This document shows, in pieces, positions 1-6,343 of a stretch of DNA of 64,000 nucleotides. A program made the position numbers and the translations under genes. The first letter of the stretch is position 1, and each line of letters opens with the position of its first letter. The DNA is from Deltaproteobacteria bacterium (GTDB lineage Bacteria > Desulfobacterota > Dissulfuribacteria > Dissulfuribacterales > JALVPX01). The stretch covers positions 10,964 to 74,963 of the forward strand of contig JALVVK010000001.1 in assembly GCA_027023445.1 (NCBI GenBank), given 5' to 3'. The notes beneath the pieces were generated by a model that worked only from the letters and a program-made list of their open reading frames with translations, was not told the DNA's origin and did not search any database.

Positions 1-681
1 GTTACTTACTACACCGGGCATGGACGGTATGGCTCCGGCACTGATTTCGACCGCAACTTTGAAAGCTTCGCGCTCCTGGATCGACACGGAAAGTTGGAGC
101 GCATATTTAAAGATTACAGCCTGTTGCATAAGTTTCTACGAAAAGAGGGGCGCAGGTACGGGCGCAGCGCGTGGAGGCAGTTTCTGTGGAGGGAGAAGCG
201 GGGGCGTATCAGGGTACGTTTGAGCAACGAGGGAAATATTTTTATAAATCCGAAAAATTATCATCCCCATGAATTCGGAGCAAGGCTGATTTACTGGGCA
301 TTAAAGAAGGGGAGCGCCCGTCTGGCCACCGGATCATCCGGTTCCATCGGCCAGGAGATGAAAAAACCAGGCGCGCAACGCTATCGAGTGGTTGTTTTTG
401 CCGGATGCCGCACCAGAGATTACCATGGCAGGCTGCGGGGGACACCCGGGCTTGGAAGGAGAAACGCGCAACTGTTTGAAACCACCAGAACCATAAAAAC
501 CCTTGACGCGGCGCAGATTTTTGGCGCCTTTTTGGATTCACTGCTGGGGCAGTTTTCGGCGAATGCGATTGTAAGGGCCATGGACATCAATCAGGATGTG
601 CAGAGGCGCGTTCATGGTGGCAGGGGTCTGCGGGGAACATTCCGCAGCCGGGGAACCAGGTATGATCCTGTAGTACGCTGA
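1..681 (+). CDS. hypothetical protein, C-terminal part (ORF enters from the left window edge)
   Basis: Frame 1 is open from nt 1 to the TGA at 679-681; the track shows it only from the internal Met at 94. Translation begins VTYYTGHGRYGSGTDFDRNF. It has a TGHG ... FAGCR His/Cys pair, but I cannot name a family. Confidence 0.4.
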   Translation, partial: VTYYTGHGRYGSGTDFDRNFESFALLDRHGKLERIFKDYSLLHKFLRKEGRRYGRSAWRQFLWREKRGRIRVRLSNEGNIFINPKNYHPHEFGARLIYWALKKGSARLATGSSGSIGQEMKKPGAQRYRVVVFAGCRTRDYHGRLRGTPGLGRRNAQLFETTRTIKTLDAAQIFGAFLDSLLGQFSANAIVRAMDINQDVQRRVHGGRGLRGTFRSRGTRYDPVVR

Positions 682-693
682 TGGAGCCAGGCC

Positions 694-1230
694 ATGGATT
701 TTGAGCGCGCGGTTACATTACTGGAATCTCCTGACACATGGGACAGGGGGGCGAAGGCCTTAGCCAGAATCGGGAACCAGAGAGCCCTGCTTCATCTTGT
801 CAAGGCATATGAAATGCCGGAGGAAGCTGACAGGTTATGCCTCCTGGAAGCAATGGAACGGCTTGATCCGGTGGACGGTTCGCACCGGCTTTACGCCTCC
901 ACTGATCCGGAAGTCAGGCTTCGGGGGCTGCATCTCATGGAATTGTTTCCTGACAAGGCCCATCTGCCATTGCTGGCAGAGGCGATTAAGTCCTCAAATC
1001 CGGCGATCAGGCGCCAGGCGGCAAGTTCGGCCTTGTGCCAGCCCCCGTGCGCGCAATGGGAGAGGTTATTATTATCCATGCTGGCAGATGATGATGAACA
1101 CCTGCGTTTGCTTGCGATTGAGGGGTTACAGTACATGGACACACCGTCTGTACATCGGGCGTTGCTGGAGCGGCTTGATTGCGAATCTGATGATATCGTT
1201 AAACAAAGGCTGAAAGAGTCTTTGCGGTAA
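694..1230 (+). CDS. HEAT-repeat (PBS-lyase HEAT-like) protein
   Basis: 178 aa of repeated ~30-aa helical units (ARIGNQRALLHLVKAY, DPEVRLRGLHLM, NPAIRRQAASSAL, DEHLRLLAIEGL), typical of HEAT_2/PBS-lyase repeats. Confidence 0.6.
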   Translation: MDFERAVTLLESPDTWDRGAKALARIGNQRALLHLVKAYEMPEEADRLCLLEAMERLDPVDGSHRLYASTDPEVRLRGLHLMELFPDKAHLPLLAEAIKSSNPAIRRQAASSALCQPPCAQWERLLLSMLADDDEHLRLLAIEGLQYMDTPSVHRALLERLDCESDDIVKQRLKESLR

Positions 1231-1266
1231 GGGTAATGGCTTTAAACCCGGTTTATGCAGCATGTT

Positions 1267-1364
1267 ACCCGGCTACGGCCCGGTGATCTTCGTGAGGCGC
1301 CTGGTACGGACCCGCATGCAGGGTGGTGTGGGGAGGGGGAGAGAAAAACCCCCCCTTACCCGAT
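1267..1364 (+). mobile_element. 5'-truncated group II intron remnant (domain V/VI tail only)
   Basis: About 98 nt align to the 3' ends of the intron copies at 2642-2739 and 4044-4141 (tacccggctacggcccggtgatcttcgtga...ccttacccgat). The domain V region carries extra substitutions. Confidence 0.7.
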
Positions 1365-1390
1365 TGTGCTTTTCCTTAAATTCAAAGACG

Positions 1391-1720
1391 TTAAGGGGCA
1401 AACAGCTCTTGAAGTAATGCAAGTACCCTCGATTGTGCTTTTGGGTTTATAACCCCTAATTTCTTGACAAGTCTTTTCTTATCAATAGTACGAATTTGAT
1501 CTAAAATTATCTGTCCTTTCTTTCCTTGAAAAGAACACGAAATTCGGGTTGGATATCGCTTACCCTTTGTTGTCATTGGTGCCACAATGACTGTAGAAAT
1601 ATGGTGGTTCATTTCATTAGGAGAAATAATAAGGCAAGGCCTTGTTTTTGGTATCTCATGTCCAATACTTGGGTCGAGGTACACTAGAAACACATCAAAA
1701 CGGTTTACCTCCATTCCCAT
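1391..1720 (-). CDS. mazF: type II toxin, MazF/PemK family endoribonuclease
   Basis: 109 aa; the text FDVFLVYLDPSIGHEIPKTRPCLIISPNEMN...VIVAPMTTK...ILDQIRTIDKKRL is a typical PemK/MazF fold sequence. It overlaps the upstream antitoxin gene by 16 nt. Confidence 0.85.
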   Translation of the reverse strand: MGMEVNRFDVFLVYLDPSIGHEIPKTRPCLIISPNEMNHHISTVIVAPMTTKGKRYPTRISCSFQGKKGQIILDQIRTIDKKRLVKKLGVINPKAQSRVLALLQELFAP

Positions 1721-1953
1721 TCTTCCTCATCCCATTGACTTGAAGGAAATTCCAACAATTGATCATCACCATTTTGGGCCATTTTTTCAAACGCTTTTGC
1801 CCAACTTTTACGGACTGAAGTATAAGGTTTAATTACAAGCTTTTTGTCATGCACTTCCAGCTCCACCTCACTATCAAAACCACACTGTTTAAGAATTGGC
1901 TTAGGTATTCTCAAGCCCTGAGAGTTGCCAATTTGAATTATCGATGCTTTCAT
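1705..1953 (-). CDS. mazE: AbrB/MazE/SpoVT-family antitoxin
   Basis: 82 aa; the N-terminal IIQIGNSQGLRIPKPILKQCGF looped-hinge-helix motif and an acidic C-terminus sit upstream of and overlapping mazF. Confidence 0.8.
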   Translation of the reverse strand: MKASIIQIGNSQGLRIPKPILKQCGFDSEVELEVHDKKLVIKPYTSVRKSWAKAFEKMAQNGDDQLLEFPSSQWDEEEWEWR

Positions 1954-1989
1954 AACCTAAATAACCTCCAAGGTATCCTAAATAATTAC

Positions 1990-2018
1990 ATTGTAATTAC
2001 ATCGACATCGTTTGTCAA
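1990..2018 (-). promoter_or_regulatory. sigma70-type promoter of the mazEF cassette with a palindromic operator
   Basis: The minus strand reads TTGACA (2018-2013), a 17-nt spacer, then TACAAT (1995-1990). The -10 is embedded in two copies of the palindrome GTAATTAC (atGTAATTACaatGTAATTAtt). Confidence 0.5.
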
Positions 2019-2035
2019 TCTGGATTTTTTTAGGA

Positions 2036-2103
2036 GCACAACAACCAAGCTCATCAGCGGGAATGAAGCGCAAAGGAATTGCTGTCCGTGTGCATGGCAT
2101 TGT
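2036..2103 (-). other. integron attC site of the 155-aa cassette, interrupted by an intron (remaining 5 nt at 2740-2744)
   Basis: The plus strand has GCACAAC (2036-2042; minus-strand GTTGTGC core) and an imperfect inverted repeat, ending ...cattGT | intron | TAAGC. Rejoined, this gives GTTAAGC (minus-strand GCTTAAC, i.e. RYYYAAC containing the cassette stop codon). Confidence 0.6.
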
Positions 2104-2739
2104 GTACGCCCAGCATGGGCATAGACTTATGAGGTTAAAGTCCTCTATACGTGGATCCCGCTACCTGATTGCGAGGATAGCGAAAGTATTAGCCGAAGGC
2201 AAGGGCGTCGCCGCAAGGCGGGGCCTGAAGGAAGCCGGAGTGCAAAACTGTGAGCCGACGAACAGAAACGTCATATAAGGCCGAGTCTCCGGGTAAGGCA
2301 GCACAACATGTCAAGGCCCTGGATTCAGGAGATTTTGCTTTTAACCTTGAGCTGTTTTCCCGGTAATCTCATTATATGACAGGGAAAATACAGGATGTCT
2401 CCTTTCACGTCCCCTTTCATACATGGAATCCTTGATGATCAAGACTCCGCATTTTCTAACCATTTGTCAAGAATAAAGATTCGACCCTCTTTCCACAGGC
2501 GGACAGCGATACTTACGGCTCTCAGCCGCAAGGGGTACTGGCATCTTGCCCGCACCCTTGCCACTCAAACTGGAATGACCAATAAATGGCTTGCCAGGCA
2601 GGGACTGGTTTCCATAAGGGAAAGGTGGGTCAGGATTCACTACCCGGCTACGGCCCGGTGATCTTCGTGAACCGCCCTGTGCGGACCCGCATGCAGGGTG
2701 GTGTGGGGAGGGGGAGAGAAAAACTCCCCCTTACCCGAT
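2104..2739 (+). mobile_element. group II intron derivative, RT-deleted, 636 nt (copy b)
   Basis: It starts GTACGCCC and ends CCCGAT. Domain V-like hairpin: ccgccctg-tgcg-gacc-cgca-(tg bulge)-cagggtgg. Domain VI-like hairpin has a bulged A (ggggaggggga...ctcccccttAcccgat). About 97 percent identical to copy c apart from a 162-nt deletion. Confidence 0.75.
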
Positions 2740-3206
2740 TAAGCTTTTGTTGCCTTCAAATCCTTATTTGCAATGGTGACCAATCTGTCCAAAGCATCTT
2801 TATGATATTTATACTCTTGATCATAAATTTCCCCCGGAGGCTCCTCATTCCAATTTAGCTTCGGGCGATTTTTTAATTCCCTGAGAACATCAGCAGCATC
2901 TTTCGAAATGACGAATCCACCAATATCTGTGACCTTCTTCAACTTCCAATAAGCTTGGCTATATTTCTCTTGAAATTCTTTTTCCCTTTCTTCTGGCAAC
3001 TTATGGCCTAACTCATAATGGTCTCTTTGAAATTCACAATATTGCATGATGTCGTATAGAGAGGAGATAATGTCAGAGTATGCTCGTTCTTTCCTTTCCC
3101 ACCATTTCTCCGAATATATCTTTTTTAGTGACCATCTTGCAGCAAAATATGAGGCGATAATTGCCGACACTATGCCAGGTAAAAATTTAATAAGAATATC
3201 TTTCAT
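2739..3206 (-). CDS. hypothetical membrane-anchored protein (integron cassette ORF)
   Basis: 155 aa; N-terminal hydrophobic helix (FLPGIVSAIIASYFAARW) followed by a charged helical region. No family recognised. Bounded by attC core sites. Confidence 0.6.
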   Translation of the reverse strand: MKDILIKFLPGIVSAIIASYFAARWSLKKIYSEKWWERKERAYSDIISSLYDIMQYCEFQRDHYELGHKLPEEREKEFQEKYSQAYWKLKKVTDIGGFVISKDAADVLRELKNRPKLNWNEEPPGEIYDQEYKYHKDALDRLVTIANKDLKATKA

Positions 3207-3216
3207 AATAATTTAA

Positions 3217-3343
3217 GCATAACGTCACGGATCAGGGGCGGCAAACAATGCGGAGCAATGAGTCTGGGAATATCGCCAGGCTTCTTGCGGGGCACAGCCT
3301 TGAAAAAAACGCCGCGATGTTTGCCGTCACCTGCAGCCGCTGG
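3217..3343 (-). other. integron attC site of the DUF4145 cassette, interrupted by an intron (remaining 5 nt at 4142-4146)
   Basis: GCATAAC at 3217-3223 (minus-strand GTTATGC). Internal inverted repeat ggcggcaaacaatgcgg / ccgcgatgtttgccgtc. The right end reads ...ccgctgG | intron | TAGAT, matching the cassette's own 5' TTAGAT. The junction is one base off the GT|T seen at the other sites. Confidence 0.55.
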
Positions 3344-4141
3344 GTACGCCCAGCATGGGCATAGACTTATGAGGTTAAAGTCCTCTATACGTGGATCCCG
3401 CTACCTGATTTCGAGGATAGCGAAAGTATTAGCCGAAGGCAAGGGCGTCGCCGTAAGGCGGGGTCTGAAGGAAGCCGGAGTGCAAAACTGTGAGCCGACG
3501 AACAGAAACGTCATATAAGGCCGAGTCTCTGGGTAAGGCAGCACATCATGTCAACGCCCTGGATTCAGGAGATTTTGCTTTTAACCTTGAGTTGTTTTCC
3601 CGGTAAACTCATTATATGACAGGGAAAATACAGGATGTCTCCTTTCACGTCCCCTTTCATACATGGAATTCTTGATGATCAAGACTCCGCATTTTCTAAC
3701 TATTTGTCAAGAATAAAGATTCGACCCTCTTTCCACAGGTATGTCCGTGGCTGGATGAACTACTACGGCATATCTGAATACTACAGGCCCATACCCGCGC
3801 TGGACGAATGGCTCAGGAGGCGGACAAGGATGTGTTACTGGAAACAGTGGCGCAAGACCCGCACCAAGGTCAGGAACCTGATAAGACTCGGGACATACAG
3901 GCGGACAGCGATACTTACGGCTCTCAGCCGCAAGGGGTACTGGCATCTTGCCCGCACCCTTGCCACTCAAACAGGAATGACCAATAAATGGCTTGCCAGG
4001 CAGGGACTGGTTTCCATAAGGGAAAGGTGGATCAGGATTCACTACCCGGCTACGGCCCGGTAATCTTCGTGAACCGCCCTGTGCGGACCCGCATGCAGGG
4101 TGGTGTGGGGGCTGGGGGAGAAAAACCCCCGGCTACCCGAT
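3344..4141 (+). mobile_element. group II intron derivative, RT-deleted, 798 nt (copy c)
   Basis: Same 5' end (GTACGCCCAGCATGGGC) and the same domain V/VI tail as copy b. It retains a maturase (domain X) ORF fragment. It lies antisense to the flanking cassette ORFs. Confidence 0.75.
3635..4063 (+). pseudogene. remnant of a group II intron-encoded protein (maturase/X domain only; RT domain deleted)
   Basis: 142 aa containing YVRGWMNYYGISEYYRP...WKQWRKTRTKVRNLIRLG...GYWHLARTLATQTGMTNKWLARQGLVSI, typical of the X/maturase region and C-terminus of intron RTs. No RT motifs (no YADD-type block) are present. Confidence 0.7.
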
Positions 4142-4147
4142 TAGATT

Positions 4148-4840
4148 CTACGACTTCATGTGCGCTTCATAGGTACCTGTCAAATGTTCCATCATGATCC
4201 AGTGCAGGGTGAGCTCGATGAGGTTCTTTAAGTCCTGCACATCCTTGTCCTTCCATCTCCTATAATAATGGGCCTCGTCGTTTCCAAGCCAAGCTGCTCG
4301 CTGTGCGCATGCTTTTATTCGTGGATCGGAGATATCATCCCTGATACAGTTTCCTAGGAATTTCGATTGATAGTGCTCTTGTTTGCTGGGGTCTCGGTTT
4401 ATTAGGTAATCCTTAACCAGAAATTCCAAAGCCTTTCTGTAGCCTATACCACATATATCTTTTAGGCCGGATTGTTCGGCTTGATATGATTGATTCCACA
4501 GAGAACAGAAAGACGGCGAAAGAGTTTCAATGTATTCGTCAAATGACTTTTTGACTTGCCCTTTGGGAAGAACCCTGACAAAAAAGTAATCATATGTAGG
4601 ATGACCAGGGACCCTTTGATATTGAGCAATGAAGAGGTGTTGACAGTCGTCGGCTGGACATTGAAAAACCGCCTCCAGGTACTCCTCAATGGGTTCAATG
4701 ACACCATCGCAGAAAACGAATGTGACCACGTGCTGACTCTCAGCATGTATCTCGCGACCGCAATAGGGACAATGGTTTGGCAATCGATCGAGGGAGTAGT
4801 GCTGTTCTGAATCCTCAATCCACGTACTTACGTAAGGCAT
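4148..4840 (-). CDS. zinc-ribbon / DUF4145-like protein (integron cassette ORF)
   Basis: 230 aa; N-terminal CPYC...CPADDC Cys pairs. The C-terminal GYRKALEFLVKDYL...CAQRAAWLGNDEAHY...DVQDLKNLIELTLHWI resembles the DUF4145 helical domain. Confidence 0.55.
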   Translation of the reverse strand: MPYVSTWIEDSEQHYSLDRLPNHCPYCGREIHAESQHVVTFVFCDGVIEPIEEYLEAVFQCPADDCQHLFIAQYQRVPGHPTYDYFFVRVLPKGQVKKSFDEYIETLSPSFCSLWNQSYQAEQSGLKDICGIGYRKALEFLVKDYLINRDPSKQEHYQSKFLGNCIRDDISDPRIKACAQRAAWLGNDEAHYYRRWKDKDVQDLKNLIELTLHWIMMEHLTGTYEAHMKS

Positions 4841-4857
4841 TGTTCCCTTTCCTCAAA

Positions 4858-4930
4858 ATCTAACGTTTGAGTTGTGGGGATTTCACGGAGCGCAGCGTAG
4901 TGAAATTCCCACACGAACGATTTGTTAGTG
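4858..4930 (-). other. intact integron attC site (73 bp)
   Basis: The plus strand reads ATCTAAC-gtttgagttgtggggatttcac...gtgaaattcccacacgaacgattt-GTTAGTG. On the minus strand this is R'' (g)CACTAAC ... R' GTTAGAT, with an imperfect inverted repeat between them. It starts 2 nt after the upstream cassette stop. Confidence 0.7.
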
Positions 4931-4932
4931 CT

Positions 4933-5319
4933 TTATGGCTCATATGCTTCAGTAACGATAACGGGTAGCATTGTATAACCCACTGCTAGTGATGCATAAA
5001 ACCGATGATAACCATTTTTTACCTTGTATTTGTAGGTATCAGATTCATGTAGCTGTACTTCTACTGGCGGAAGCTCGCATTCAGGCGATGTAAATGCCAT
5101 AAGAATGGGTACAAGCTTATATTTTTTGAAAGGTGGAATGCCTGAATTTCTTAGAGGTGGCTCAACTACAGATATGCTTACTACCTCAGCATTACTTTCT
5201 GAGTGCTTATATGGGTAATACTTGTACTCACCAATATTAAATTCATCCATATCTGCACAGCTCCACCAATCATTTGGTAGTTCAAATTCTTTATTCATCC
5301 CAGGAATATTAAATTTCAT
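4933..5319 (-). CDS. ParB N-terminal (nuclease-like) domain protein (integron cassette ORF)
   Basis: 128 aa; ...VSISVVEPPL...PPVEVQLHESDTYKYKVKNGYHRFYASLAVGYTMLPVIV matches the ParB/Srx DGxHR-type core. The cassette 5' end GTTAGTGC (rc of 5321-5328) is the exact complement of its 3' R'' box. Confidence 0.55.
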   Translation of the reverse strand: MKFNIPGMNKEFELPNDWWSCADMDEFNIGEYKYYPYKHSESNAEVVSISVVEPPLRNSGIPPFKKYKLVPILMAFTSPECELPPVEVQLHESDTYKYKVKNGYHRFYASLAVGYTMLPVIVTEAYEP

Positions 5320-5408
5320 AGCACTAACAGTGGAATAGGCTGCATGCAGCCTATTCCAATATCCCTGACTTCAGCCTAACCTGTTTTATATCTTGCTTTT
5401 AATTTAAC

Positions 5409-5518
5409 CAAAAACAGGAAAAATTTTGGACACGGATAAACAGGGGCTGCGCACACAGATAAAGAAAAGATCCGCGTAATCTGTGTTCATCTGTGTCCCA
5501 TCATCTCTTAATCCCCCA
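5409..5518 (-). repeat. REP-like hairpin repeat acting as a probable terminator (family R1, copy 1)
   Basis: About 90 percent identical to 8327-8447. On the minus strand it reads ggacacagatgaacacagat...atctgtgtgcg...tttatccgtgtcc followed by aaaattttt. It lies directly after the stop of the 5522-5866 gene. Confidence 0.6.
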
Positions 5519-5521
5519 TAA

Positions 5522-5866
5522 TCAGGCATAATTATGGGTTCCGAGAATAACCTTGATCCCGGTTTTGCCCTCTATCATCCGGGCCTTTTCTTCCGGAGTC
5601 GTATACGGGCAGTCGGGCTTTGCGTTTACCATGCAGCTGCTCAGATAGATTTCATCAGGCTTTATTTCCGCAAGTTTTATCGCCATACCGATATTTGCCA
5701 CAGTCGCCCTGCCAGGGCATTGACATTTGACAAAGGAGATAATCTGTTTCTCCTCTTCAAATTTTCCGTCCCCAAGGGCTGCCGCTTTCAGGCAACGCCA
5801 TTCACCTGGACATCCGTATCCACTGTCCATGTACGATCCGCATGCTACCACCATTACTTTTTTCAT
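5522..5866 (-). CDS. Cys-rich CGGC-domain-like protein
   Basis: 114 aa; MVVACGSYMDSGYGCPGEWRC...VKCQCPGR...SSCMVNAKPDCPY; the pattern resembles the CGGC putative metal-binding domain. Confidence 0.45.
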   Translation of the reverse strand: MKKVMVVACGSYMDSGYGCPGEWRCLKAAALGDGKFEEEKQIISFVKCQCPGRATVANIGMAIKLAEIKPDEIYLSSCMVNAKPDCPYTTPEEKARMIEGKTGIKVILGTHNYA

Positions 5867-6343
5867 AACTCCTCCTTATGGCAACAGACTTTATCCCGGA
5901 TTATGCACTCAAGTGCCTGAGATGTAACACTGGAGGAAACCGCACCTTTTAGGTTAACAAAATATCTGGCTGAATCGCGGCTAACTCTTTAATTATTCGA
6001 CCAAAATCATTTTCTCAGGCATTTGAAGTGCATAATCCGGGTTTATATACCGTGTAATCGACCGTGAGGTCTTTTGCCTTCCAGACCTGCCTGTCGGTTT
6101 TGTATATCAATGGAAAAAGCCTGACAAGTTCTTTTGAATAGTTTATCCGATTTTGATTAGCCATGGACACACAAGGGCATACATGGACAAAAAACAAAAT
6201 GTTCCCAGAGCTGCATAATCCGGGTTCATATTTCGTTACGTCCAGTCTGGGAATAGCGGTTGTCATGAAAATATAATGTTAAATGGTAAGTTCAATTTAC
6301 AATTCACCATTTACAATTCACCATTTTCATGGCCATGGGAGGT

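Noticed and set aside
2012-2278. 88-aa ORF, its 86-aa twin at 3258-3518, and 2395-2661 and 2586-2858 / 3988-4197, all inside the intron copies.
   Set aside because: They translate the structured 5' (ribozyme) and 3' (domain V/VI) RNA parts of the group II intron derivatives. They are conserved only because the DNA repeat is conserved. Only the X-domain fragment (3635-4063) looks like former coding sequence.
2104-4141. The possibility that the RT-related repeats represent a retron, DGR or defence-associated reverse transcriptase system.
   Set aside because: No RT catalytic domain is present; only the maturase/X region survives. Differences between the copies are not adenine-specific, as they would be in DGR TR/VR pairs. 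The ends have group II domain V/VI structure and a GT...AT boundary.
5522-5866. Whether the CGGC-domain gene is a fifth integron cassette.
   Set aside because: No RYYYAAC/GTTRRRY pair or attC-like inverted repeat follows its stop. The downstream sequence is the R1 REP-like repeat, which is also found after an unrelated housekeeping gene.
6015-6266. 83-aa minus-strand ORF in the pyrE-downstream intergenic region.
   Set aside because: It is assembled from dispersed repeat units; the EPGLCSS and KPGLCTS segments are translations of GCATAATCCGGG repeats, and one segment is the inverted copy of 45003-45062. There is no ribosome-binding site or recognisable domain.
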